Below are positions 37,025-46,200 of a stretch of 64,000 nt of DNA, in pieces (the stretch's first letter is position 1; every line of letters starts with the position of its first letter). Made by a program: the position numbers and the translations under genes. The DNA is from Candidatus Woesearchaeota archaeon (GTDB taxonomy: Archaea; Nanobdellota; Nanobdellia; Woesearchaeales; UBA10216), in the NCBI GenBank assembly GCA_016180065.1, contig JACPBY010000005.1:5541-69540 (forward strand), in the 5' to 3' direction. The notes under the pieces are model-generated. The model was not told the DNA's origin and ran no database searches. It saw only the letters and a program-made list of their open reading frames with translations.

Positions 37025-38005
37025 GCGGTAGCGAAGGGCAACAGCGTTACAATAATCACTTTCAAAACTGATTTTGATTCCCGGAAACTGCCGAAGAACG
37101 TGGCTGTTGAAGTTTTGGGGATGCCAAAAAACCCCCTGCTGGAAAGGCTATACCGGCTGCTGTTCTTTCTTGACATAAGGAAGGTTGCGAAGATAGTTGG
37201 CAGGCTAGGGCAGTTTGACGAAGCGGTAAGCTTCCTTTACCCCATGACCCTGCCGGCAATGATAGCAAAGAAAAGGATGAAGCAGCGGCTGAAATACGTT
37301 TATTACGATGTTGGCGTTGCATACCCGCAGCTGTTTGAAAAATTGACGGAAAGGCTGTACATGAAAATATTTGCCGCCTTTACAATGATGACCATAAAAA
37401 ACTGTGATTCCGCAATATCAATAAGCAGGTTCCTCAGCGGCGAACTGGAAAAAGAAACCGGCATCCGCAGCGCCGTGAAATATGTAAGAATAGATGGGAG
37501 CAGGTTTAACGGCAACACCACTAAAAAACACAGAAAGGAGATTGCTGCTGTTGCAAAAAAATACGGGCTGAAAAGGCCTGTGCTGCTTTATGTCGGAAGG
37601 ATATCACCGCACAAGGGAATTCATCTGCTGCTTGATGCCTTTAAGCTGGTAAGGGAAAGATTCCCATCTGCAATGCTGGTTGTTGTTGGAAAACACACGT
37701 TCCAGAAATATTCGCAGCAGCTGCGAAAAACGGCTGCAGCGATTGGCGGAGTGGTATTCACAGGCTATGTTGCGGATGAAGAGCTGCCCGCTTATTACGG
37801 GGCATGTGATGTTTATGCTACCGCAAGCATGTGGGAAGGGTTCGGAATGCCGATAGCTGAGGCAAACGCTGTCGGGAAGCCTGCGGTTGCTTTTGACGTT
37901 GGCTCACAGCCTGAAGTGCTGAGGAAAGGACGGCTTGTAAAAGCTGGCGATGTTAAGGGATTTGCGGATGCTGTTGTGAACGTGCTGAAGAAAAGGAAGG
38001 GATGA
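37025..38005 (+). pseudogene. GT4 glycosyltransferase lacking its N-terminal strand and helix
   Basis: YVGRISPHKG and SMWEGFGMPIAEA. The frame extends upstream through AKGNSVTIITF to a stop at 36992 with no suitable start for a full-length protein. Confidence 0.65.
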
Positions 38006-38026
38006 CTCAAGCATTCAAGCCTGCCG

Positions 38027-38548
38027 CTATCTCACCTTCGCGTACAGCAGCGCGTCAAAGAGCCTGCCGCCTTTCTTGTGGAACCTTCTAAGCTTGCCCT
38101 CAACCCTGAAGCCTGATTTCTCAAGAACTCTTGCTGAGGCCTTGTTGCTTGTAAAAACTGTTGCGTATAGCCTCCTTAACCTCAGCTGCTTAACTGCATA
38201 ATCTGTAACCAGCCCGACTGCCGTGGTCATTATGCCTTTTCCCCAGTGCTTTTCGGCAAGCCAATAGCCAAGCTCCGCCTTGCGGCCTTCGATGTACCTG
38301 AGCCCTATGCCTCCTGCAACTTCACCGCCGATGCCAATGGCGAAATTAACTTCGGTTTTTTTCTTTTTCCGATAAAAGGAAATGTTTTTGGCAACCCATT
38401 CCCTTGAGTGCTTCATAGTGTAAGGATATGGTATAAAGACCGTGTGTTTGGTAACATTCCTGCTGTTGATGCTTTTCTGAAGCGAGTGCTCATCACCTCT
38501 CCTGAACGGCCTCAGCGTAAACAGCTTTGACTTAATCACGGGAATCAT
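38027..38548 (-). CDS. GNAT acetyltransferase, RimJ/RimL family
   Basis: LRPF, AELGYWL, WGKGIMT, NKASARVLEKSGF. Confidence 0.92.
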   Translation of the reverse strand: MIPVIKSKLFTLRPFRRGDEHSLQKSINSRNVTKHTVFIPYPYTMKHSREWVAKNISFYRKKKKTEVNFAIGIGGEVAGGIGLRYIEGRKAELGYWLAEKHWGKGIMTTAVGLVTDYAVKQLRLRRLYATVFTSNKASARVLEKSGFRVEGKLRRFHKKGGRLFDALLYAKVR

Positions 38549-38623
38549 AAAAAACAGCCTATGTGCTGACATTTAAAAGCGTTTCCGCAAGATTTATAAC
38601 AAGCCCTGAAGGCTAAGAGAAGA

Positions 38624-40369
38624 ATGAGCAATGGAAAGAAGCCCGCTGGCGACAAGGCAGAAGCAATAATTGAAACTGTGCTGCTCCTCGCATTTTTTTC
38701 AGCAATCCTCTACCTCGGCCCTGCTGCGGCAGCCCAGCATCAAATAAGGCACGACTACCCGGTTGGCTATGCTGCCAGCGACAGCTTCCAGCACCAGGCC
38801 AGGGCTGAATCAATAAAGCAGATGGGGCAGTACAGGAATGAGGCGCCGCACATTGTTGCAGGGCTTACAGACATCATCGGGTTTTATCCCCCAGTCCTTT
38901 ACCACACAACAGTCCTGCTCGCCCACTTGACAGGGATTGAAACGTATGATGCGCTTATGCTACTGATTGGGCTTGCAATGGCCCTTGGCGCACTGGCTGC
39001 ATACTACCTGGCAAGAAGCCTTGGAAAAGCTGTTGCGGTGCTTGCGCTGCCATTAACGCTTTTCATGGCAACGGGAAAGCCTTTCCTTGGAGCTGTAACA
39101 TTCGGGCAGATGCCCTTCTTCCTGTCAGCAGTATTCCTGCTTGCAACAGCATGGGCACTGACTAAAATAAACGAGCCGAAAGGATATGTCCTGGCTGCAA
39201 TATTCCTTGCGGGAACCATAATGACGCACACATCAGAAACTATATTCATCACCATGCTCTTCGCAGGGATAATGCTTGCAGCTGCTGTTGCTGCAACAGC
39301 AAAAGAAAGAAACATCATTGCCGGGCTGAAAGCGGCTGTGAAAGATAACAGGCAGCTCATATTTGCGGTTGGCGGGGCAGCAGCAATAACGCTTTATTTC
39401 ATACCGATGTTCATAGGCATATGGGTGAAGGCACTCCCTTACAAGTTCAGTGTGGAAAGGATAAGCGCAAGCTTCCCTGCAGCAACGGTGTTTCCAAAGG
39501 ATTTCGGCTTAATGCAATACTCCATTGTGGCAGGGATAATAGCAACCGCCATCTTCGCAATACAGAAAAGGGCTGAGCTCGGGAAGCTGCTTCACTCAAG
39601 GCTGTTCCCGCTGCTGTTCAGCGCATATATGCTCATTGCAGGCTACGGCACTTATGCCGGATTCGGGCTCAGGTCTTTCCAGCTCAGGCTGGCATGGCCC
39701 CTCTTCCTGGCGCCATTGGCGGCGTTCGGAACATACCAGGCCGCCAGACTTGCATTAACCCCCTTACTGAAAAGATTTCCGAAAAGCAACGCATACGCCG
39801 GTTACCTTACTTATACCGCCATTGCCATAATACTGGGCGCTGCAGTGGTTGCAAGCCACTACGAGAAGCCGTCACAAGGCTCAATTGATAAGGGAAGATG
39901 GGATGCCATGAGGTGGCTTGCGGAGAACACTCCAAAGGATGCGAAGGCTTACGTGCTTTACAGCCATGTATACAGCCAGACATCAAGCCTGTACAACACA
40001 GAGAGGCAAACATACTTCCTGGAACTGCAGCCCTTCATCAGCATGATAAACCAGCTCAGCAGCACGGGAGAGCTCAACAGGACGAGCTATGTAACCATAC
40101 CCTCCGACAGCGGGCCCGGATTCCCCTACAGGACAGGCCTGTTCAGCTTCGGCAGGCACATCCCGACGACAAAGACAAGCGACCACACAGACATCTGCTC
40201 GGCAGACTACTACCTCATAGACAAGGCATTCCCCGAGCCTGCCCTGACCCAGGCCAACCTTTATTTCATGCAGCAATTCATAAAAGCCAACATGACTGTC
40301 GAGTACGACAGCCCGGCAGCAGCCGTGCTCAGGAACAGAAACAAAGGAGGGAACTGCTTTGCCCAATGA
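38624..40369 (+). CDS. Multi-TM protein, putative GT-C glycosyltransferase (paralog A)
   Basis: TM1 followed by a SDSFQH...YPP loop, ~12 TM helices, C-terminal AMRWL soluble domain. Confidence 0.65.
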   Translation: MSNGKKPAGDKAEAIIETVLLLAFFSAILYLGPAAAAQHQIRHDYPVGYAASDSFQHQARAESIKQMGQYRNEAPHIVAGLTDIIGFYPPVLYHTTVLLAHLTGIETYDALMLLIGLAMALGALAAYYLARSLGKAVAVLALPLTLFMATGKPFLGAVTFGQMPFFLSAVFLLATAWALTKINEPKGYVLAAIFLAGTIMTHTSETIFITMLFAGIMLAAAVAATAKERNIIAGLKAAVKDNRQLIFAVGGAAAITLYFIPMFIGIWVKALPYKFSVERISASFPAATVFPKDFGLMQYSIVAGIIATAIFAIQKRAELGKLLHSRLFPLLFSAYMLIAGYGTYAGFGLRSFQLRLAWPLFLAPLAAFGTYQAARLALTPLLKRFPKSNAYAGYLTYTAIAIILGAAVVASHYEKPSQGSIDKGRWDAMRWLAENTPKDAKAYVLYSHVYSQTSSLYNTERQTYFLELQPFISMINQLSSTGELNRTSYVTIPSDSGPGFPYRTGLFSFGRHIPTTKTSDHTDICSADYYLIDKAFPEPALTQANLYFMQQFIKANMTVEYDSPAAAVLRNRNKGGNCFAQ

Positions 40370-40775
40370 CAATTTCATATGGGCGAGGAAGGAACTTAAG
40401 CTCCTTGCCATAACCTTCGCAGCTATTGCAATAATACTGAAAATAGCCTACTACGCGGAAAACGCAGCTGTTGCTGTAAGAACCGCAGCATCCCTCTACT
40501 GGCTTTTCGCCATACCCGGTTATGCCATTATGCTTAACTGGAAAAGGCAGCTCGGCTTCCTTGAAAGAGTCGCCATTGGAAGCATTGCTGCAATGGCAAT
40601 AACAGGCATCACCAGCTACTACCTCGGCATTGCAGGCTTGAAGCTGCAGAACCAGACAATCATACTGCCGGCAGCAATCATTGCAGTTTCTGTTGCCGCC
40701 GCTGCAAGATTTTCGGCACTACCAAAAACGCAACCAAAACAACAAGAACAAAAGCCGCAACAGCCGAAAGCCTGA
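40359..40775 (+). CDS. Small 4-TM protein (paralog b)
   Basis: LFAIPGY...LGFLER pattern; overlaps the stop of paralog A. Confidence 0.65.
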   Translation: MPNDNFIWARKELKLLAITFAAIAIILKIAYYAENAAVAVRTAASLYWLFAIPGYAIMLNWKRQLGFLERVAIGSIAAMAITGITSYYLGIAGLKLQNQTIILPAAIIAVSVAAAARFSALPKTQPKQQEQKPQQPKA

Positions 40776-41043
40776 AAGAAGGCAAAAGCTGGTTAACGGC
40801 AAAAACAACCAGGGAAAACAAGCCAAGGCCGATGAACAGCGAGAAAAATATTTTTTCCTCAACATCCAAGCTGGTTTTTCCCAGAAACATCAAAGGCGGG
40901 ACAACAAACAGGACAGCAAATGCAATTATTGACCTAAACCCCACAAGCCCAAAAAGAAAAAACGCTGCTGCAGCCATCACAGCAACACCGCATATCCAGG
41001 GAACATAACCACTGCCTATTCTGAAACCGCCCAAGCTGCCCAT
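40678..41043 (-). CDS. Small 4-TM protein (paralog b')
   Basis: LFVVPP...LDVEEKIFFSLFIGL; TGATG-coupled to paralog A'. Confidence 0.65.
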   Translation of the reverse strand: MGSLGGFRIGSGYVPWICGVAVMAAAAFFLFGLVGFRSIIAFAVLFVVPPLMFLGKTSLDVEEKIFFSLFIGLGLFSLVVFAVNQLLPSFRLSAVAAFVLVVLVAFLVVPKILQRRQQKLQ

Positions 41044-42773
41044 CAGGCTGCCACCCCGCCAAAGCCTTCATACTTGTAAAGCCTTATGTTGTTTCCATTG
41101 TAAAGAGGCGCTGTATTGTTGAACATCCGCTGCTCAAGCTGCTGAAGCTGGGAAGCCCAGGCAGCAGCCTGCTGCTGGTACTGCAAAGAGGAAGCGAACA
41201 GCGCAATATCAGAGTAATCAAACAGGAAATAAATCTGGCTTTTGTCAAAAGAGCCCTCGCCTGCTATCTCCCCGCCATCATACCTCCCCACATGCCTCTG
41301 GCTTATTGCAAGCATCCACCTCATCTTCGGATACCTCCACTGGCCGACAATCTTCACAGACGGGTCGTAAACGTATGCGCCTTCAGGCACCAAGCTGTTA
41401 AGGGATTCTGCAAACTCTGCCTGGACAGGAGTAATCCTGTCAATGCTGCCGTAAGCGCCCTTAAGGCTACTGTAAGAAGACTCGCCTGAGGTTGAAACAA
41501 GAAGCAAAACGAGCATAGCGGCAAGGCCGTATTTTGCAGCTGAGCTGATACGGCTGCCTATCTTAAGAAACGACGAAAGAGCCTGTGGAAGCCACACGGC
41601 AGTCAAGGCAATAAGCGAGTAGAAGATGTAGTTCTCAAGCACAAGCATCCTTGCAAGCCTGTTAAGGCCTATTCCAATAAAAACGTCAAGGTGCAGGACA
41701 ATGAAAGCGCTTATAAGCCAGCTTAGCATGAAAAGCTCCTTCAGGTTGTTCTTCACCAGCAGCAGCCGCAACAGCAGCAATACAAGGCCTGCGGCCAAAA
41801 AAGGAAGCAAAACATTCGGGTATTCTGCAGAAAACTCCACAAACGAAGGAGGAAAACTGCCCTGAACCAAAGAAGGTGATATGCCCCACTCAAACAGCCT
41901 CTTAAAGCCCAGCCTGGGCACGTTAATGTCCGCAGAGCCGGCATAGATTGCAATAAAAGGGGCAGCAACAACGGCAAACAATGCAACTGCAACGCCAAGA
42001 TGGAGCAGGCTTGACTTCGAGACAGGAAGCTTCCTGAAACGGACAGCCATCAAGGCTGTTAAAACGGCAATGAACACGGCAGAAGCCACGAATCCCTGCA
42101 GATGAAGCAGGAACTGGGAAGCCAGCAAAGTGAATGAAAGGAACAAGTAAACTTTATTTCCGCTGCCGCCAGTGCTACCCTCGTCACCGCTGCCAGCGCC
42201 GTAAAACGACACCAGGTATTTGTACCATGCATAAGACGCTACCGGAGTAATGAGAACTGCTGTGAGCGTGGGCTGCTGCCCAAAAAGGTAAGTAAGCTGC
42301 TCCCTTAAAGAGAAAGACAAGCCAAGACCGGCAAGGAAGCCGGGAAGCACGCCAAAAAGCCGCGATATCACGAAGAAAACAGCAAGGACGCCAAGGAAAC
42401 TGGCGACTGCCCTGTAAATGAAAACAGGCAGGAAGCGCTCACCCCCTAAGACCTGCATCAGGGCATAATTGGCATGGCTTGGCGGCGGGTATTCAGGCGC
42501 GAACGGCCCAAGGATTTTGTTGAAGCCGTAATACCAAACGCCAATGTAGTAAGGAAGCCTGAAAGCCGCCTTGTCGTTATGCGCAATGCTATCGCCAATC
42601 GCAAAATGCCAGGCAGAATCGCCCTCGCCAAACGGCAGCCTGTTCTTCTGGAACGGCAAGGTCCAGAGGAAAAGGGAAACAATAAAGAGCACAGTGATAG
42701 CAGCCACTGCAACAGCTTTAGAACTCACCGTAAATCCCGCTTTTGCATTCCCAGATGCGGACTCCAACCCCAT
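41043..42773 (-). CDS. Multi-TM protein, putative GT-C glycosyltransferase (paralog A')
   Basis: GDSAWH...EYPP and FGQQP align with SDSFQH...FYPP and FGQMP of paralog A. Confidence 0.65.
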   Translation of the reverse strand: MGLESASGNAKAGFTVSSKAVAVAAITVLFIVSLFLWTLPFQKNRLPFGEGDSAWHFAIGDSIAHNDKAAFRLPYYIGVWYYGFNKILGPFAPEYPPPSHANYALMQVLGGERFLPVFIYRAVASFLGVLAVFFVISRLFGVLPGFLAGLGLSFSLREQLTYLFGQQPTLTAVLITPVASYAWYKYLVSFYGAGSGDEGSTGGSGNKVYLFLSFTLLASQFLLHLQGFVASAVFIAVLTALMAVRFRKLPVSKSSLLHLGVAVALFAVVAAPFIAIYAGSADINVPRLGFKRLFEWGISPSLVQGSFPPSFVEFSAEYPNVLLPFLAAGLVLLLLRLLLVKNNLKELFMLSWLISAFIVLHLDVFIGIGLNRLARMLVLENYIFYSLIALTAVWLPQALSSFLKIGSRISSAAKYGLAAMLVLLLVSTSGESSYSSLKGAYGSIDRITPVQAEFAESLNSLVPEGAYVYDPSVKIVGQWRYPKMRWMLAISQRHVGRYDGGEIAGEGSFDKSQIYFLFDYSDIALFASSLQYQQQAAAWASQLQQLEQRMFNNTAPLYNGNNIRLYKYEGFGGVAA

Positions 42774-42856
42774 ACGCCCTGTGCCAACAGATTATTGCTT
42801 ATAAAGATTTGCTCCAAGAGAACCGCAGCGGACAAAAGGGCTGTGCAGCGGCGAAG

Positions 42857-43372
42857 CTAAGCAGCTTTTTCATGATGCTTTCTCTTGAAAACAAGCACCT
42901 TAGTCACGGCAAAATTCAGGAGGGACAGGACTAGCGTTATTACAAATATTGCCGGAAAATCAGGAAAACGATACCTCCCAACAACCAAGTCAGGAAACTT
43001 GAAATGGCTTAGTGTTTGCCAGCTAATTAACCAATTGAGCGCCGAAATTATAACCTGAATGGGTATGAATTTTATGAATTTTGCTTTCCAGTTGGACCTT
43101 TCATCAAACGTAATGAAAGAATGATACAAAAAGGTAAAAATTATTGCAGGTGTAAGGCCTGCGGCCAAGCTGAATCCCAATGGAATGCCCCTGTTGGCTG
43201 CTAACCGGTACCCTGCGTAATAGAATCCCAGCCCAATAAAGCCTCCGAACACAAACACGCCATAACGAAAAAGCATGCTGTATTGCCCTCTCAGCTTTTC
43301 AGGGACAAACCTTGAAAAGAAATCTTCTGCAGTATCAAGAAATTTTCTCATTTGATATTTCCCGTATGGCAT
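42857..43372 (-). CDS. GtrA family protein
   Basis: FRYGVFVFGG...HSFITF...KFI...LNFAVTKVLVF; four TM helices. Confidence 0.75.
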   Translation of the reverse strand: MPYGKYQMRKFLDTAEDFFSRFVPEKLRGQYSMLFRYGVFVFGGFIGLGFYYAGYRLAANRGIPLGFSLAAGLTPAIIFTFLYHSFITFDERSNWKAKFIKFIPIQVIISALNWLISWQTLSHFKFPDLVVGRYRFPDFPAIFVITLVLSLLNFAVTKVLVFKRKHHEKAA

Positions 43373-44471
43373 TGCATACGAATTTTATGTCAGTTTCAGA
43401 GAGCTTTACAGAGGAAGGCAGGTTTATGCCGCTCCCTGACAGCCTCACCGCAACAGGAAAATCCCTGTCAGAACAGCCTGGCTTGTACGGGGGAAGCTGG
43501 TGTACGGGATAAAAGAACGGCCTGCTGTCAACGCCCTTCCCCTTCAGCTTCGCCATCAGCTCATCCCTGCTGAAGCCGAATTGCCCTTCGTTAACAAGGA
43601 CTGAATGCATCCAGTAAACAGACTTTGCCCAAGGCATTTGCGGCTGAAGGGTCAAGCCGCGCACATCCTTCAACAGCGAGCCGTAAAGCTGCGCGTTTTT
43701 TCTCTTAAGTGCAATAAACTTTTCAACCTGCTCAAGCTGGGCAACCCCGATTGCTGCCTGCACATTTGTCATGCGGAAATTGTATCCAATCTCAGGATGC
43801 CAGTACCTTTTCCCAGGGCTCATCGCATGGTCCCTCAGGAAACGCATACGCTCAGCGAGCTGTTCATCATTGGTTACGCACATCCCGCCCTCTCCAGTTG
43901 TGATTATTTTGTTGCCGTAAAAAGAGAAGCAGCCAACATTGCTGATTGAGCCGACTCTTCTGCCCTTGTACTCTGCGCCGTGGGCTTCAGCAGCATCCTC
44001 AATGACAAAAAGATTGTGCTCTGCTGCAATCCTCATTATGGGCTCCATGTCACACGGATGGCCATAAAGGTGCACAGGCATAATGGCTTTGGTTTTCCTG
44101 GTTATTGCGGCAGCGATTTTTTCAGGGTCAATGTTCCACGTCTCAGGCTCAGAGTCAACGAAAACAGGCTTCGCGCCAAGATACCTCACAGCATTTGCGG
44201 TTGCAACAAAAGTCAGGTCTGGAATGATTACCTCATCTCCTTCCTTTATCCCGAGGGCAGCAAGGGCAAGCTGCAAAGCTACGGTTCCGTTCATCACCGC
44301 AACGCCATATCCTGAACCCGAGAATTTTGCAAAGCCCTCCTCAAGCTGAGGAATAAACTTCCCAAGAGAGCTAATCCAGCCTGTGCGAAGGCACTCGAGA
44401 ACATACTTCTCCTCGTTGCCAGACAAGAAAGGCTCTGAAACAGGGATGCGCTTTTCCGGATGCGGCTCCAT
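43335..44471 (-). CDS. DegT/DnrJ sugar aminotransferase (perosamine synthase-like)
   Basis: GWISS, TFVATANA, VHLYGHP, EDAAEA, FSFYGNKIITTGEGG, GYNFRM. Confidence 0.93.
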   Translation of the reverse strand: MEPHPEKRIPVSEPFLSGNEEKYVLECLRTGWISSLGKFIPQLEEGFAKFSGSGYGVAVMNGTVALQLALAALGIKEGDEVIIPDLTFVATANAVRYLGAKPVFVDSEPETWNIDPEKIAAAITRKTKAIMPVHLYGHPCDMEPIMRIAAEHNLFVIEDAAEAHGAEYKGRRVGSISNVGCFSFYGNKIITTGEGGMCVTNDEQLAERMRFLRDHAMSPGKRYWHPEIGYNFRMTNVQAAIGVAQLEQVEKFIALKRKNAQLYGSLLKDVRGLTLQPQMPWAKSVYWMHSVLVNEGQFGFSRDELMAKLKGKGVDSRPFFYPVHQLPPYKPGCSDRDFPVAVRLSGSGINLPSSVKLSETDIKFVCNAIREISNEKIS

Positions 44472-44509
44472 GCCGGAAACTGCACCAACGGCTATTTAAA
44501 AAGTTTATT

Positions 44510-45352
44510 TCAATCCAAAAACCGCAATTGAACAGCCCTCTTGCCGTAAAGCCATGCATAGCCGAGAAGGAAGCTCAAGCGCTCAGCGGACTTTGACTCG
44601 CCCTCCTCACGGAAGCTGTAAGCAAAAGGAACCTCAGCTGTTTTCAGGCCAGCCTTCTTTGCCCTGTAAAGAAGCTCAAGGTCAAACTCGCCCCACTTGG
44701 CAGGGTACTTGAAGTTCAGGGAGAGAAGCTTGTCACGCCTTATTGCGTGAAACCCCCCTGTCCAGTCAGTTATCCTGCCGCCCATGACAAAGCGGATAAC
44801 GCCGTTAAACAAAACAGTCGCAGCCTTCCTGATGAATGGAGCCTCAATCCTGCCTCCATTTGCAAACCTCGAACCTGAAACAAGGTCAAATCCGCCTTCT
44901 TCCATTCTTTTAAGCAGCTCCGGGACCTTTGCAGGAGGATGGGAAAAGTCAGCATCCATTATGACAACGATATCGCTCCTTGCCACTTTAACACCATCAA
45001 GAATCGCCGAGAATATTCCCCTTACTCCGTAACGGTGAACAGCCGCAACATTACCGGCTGCAGCATATTTATCCATTAACTCCGGCGTTTTGTCCCTTGA
45101 AGCGTCATCAACAACAACAATCTCAAAGTCCTTAACATCTGCTGCCGAAAGGGACGAAGAAACTGCATCCACGAGCCTGCCAATGTTGCCCTCCTCATTG
45201 TAAGTCGGGATGACAACCGATACAGAGCGCTTCTTTGTAGCTGCCACGACCTTTGAGATAAGGTGCTGCAGCTCTGATATGGATTTGGCCTCCAAACCAA
45301 GCTTTCCTGACCTGTAGACATACCTGACCTGTGATTCAGCATCCTCCACCAT
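44510..45352 (-). CDS. GT2 polyprenyl-phosphate glycosyltransferase
   Basis: VVIPTYNE, VVDDAS, MDADFSHPP, GSRF. Confidence 0.88.
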   Translation of the reverse strand: MVEDAESQVRYVYRSGKLGLEAKSISELQHLISKVVAATKKRSVSVVIPTYNEEGNIGRLVDAVSSSLSAADVKDFEIVVVDDASRDKTPELMDKYAAAGNVAAVHRYGVRGIFSAILDGVKVARSDIVVIMDADFSHPPAKVPELLKRMEEGGFDLVSGSRFANGGRIEAPFIRKAATVLFNGVIRFVMGGRITDWTGGFHAIRRDKLLSLNFKYPAKWGEFDLELLYRAKKAGLKTAEVPFAYSFREEGESKSAERLSFLLGYAWLYGKRAVQLRFLD

Positions 45353-45455
45353 ATCAGGAGAGATGAGCAGGAAGTATAAAAAGCTATTTCGCAGCGTGAG
45401 ACATCCGAATCCATTAAAGTTTTTAAATAAACATGACAGCCAAACGACAAGCACC

Positions 45456-46184
45456 ATGAAAAGGCAGACGGTATCCATAGTAATACCAACGTACAATGAA
45501 AGGGGCAACATAGAGAAACTTGTGCCCGAAATATTCCAGAGCTGCAGCTCCCTAAATGCAGCAGTTGGAGTGGTAATAGTTGATGACAACTCGCCTGATG
45601 GCACAGGAAAGGCTGCTGAGGAACTTTGCAAGGGATATAACCTGAAGGTGATTCACCGAAGCGGGAAGCTCGGACTGGCATCTGCAGTGATAAAAGGCTT
45701 TTCGGAATCAGGCAGTGAAATTGTAGGGGTAATGGATGCTGACCTCAGCCACCCACCCAGCGTGCTTCCAAAGCTGATAAAGCCGATACTTGACAACGAA
45801 GCAGACCTTGTTATCGGAAGCAGGTATGCAAAAGGCGGGGGCGTAGAGGTCTGGCCCTGGCACCGCAGGCTGATAAGCAGGATAGCAACCGCACTGGCTT
45901 ACCCCTTCACCAGGGCAAAAGACCCAATGAGCGGGCTTTTCTTCCTCAGAAAGCGTGCAATAGACGGTGTGGAGCTTAACGCAAAAGGGTACAAAATCGG
46001 GCTTGAAGTGCTTGTAAAGGGAAAATACGCCAGGATGCTTGAAGTGCCCTACACCTTCAGGAACAGGTTTGTCGGGAAAAGCAAGCTCACGCCTGAAGAA
46101 TACATCCACTACCTGCGCAACATCATCACGCTGGCTGCCTACAGGATAAGGCGGATAATGCGTAAAAAGCAACGCAGAGAATAA
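45456..46184 (+). CDS. Polyprenol-phosphate mannose synthase-like GT2
   Basis: IPTYNE, VDDNSPDGT, RSGKLGLASA, MDADLSH, DPMSG. Confidence 0.92.
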   Translation: MKRQTVSIVIPTYNERGNIEKLVPEIFQSCSSLNAAVGVVIVDDNSPDGTGKAAEELCKGYNLKVIHRSGKLGLASAVIKGFSESGSEIVGVMDADLSHPPSVLPKLIKPILDNEADLVIGSRYAKGGGVEVWPWHRRLISRIATALAYPFTRAKDPMSGLFFLRKRAIDGVELNAKGYKIGLEVLVKGKYARMLEVPYTFRNRFVGKSKLTPEEYIHYLRNIITLAAYRIRRIMRKKQRRE

Positions 46185-46200
46185 TGCGCAACAACGCAAG

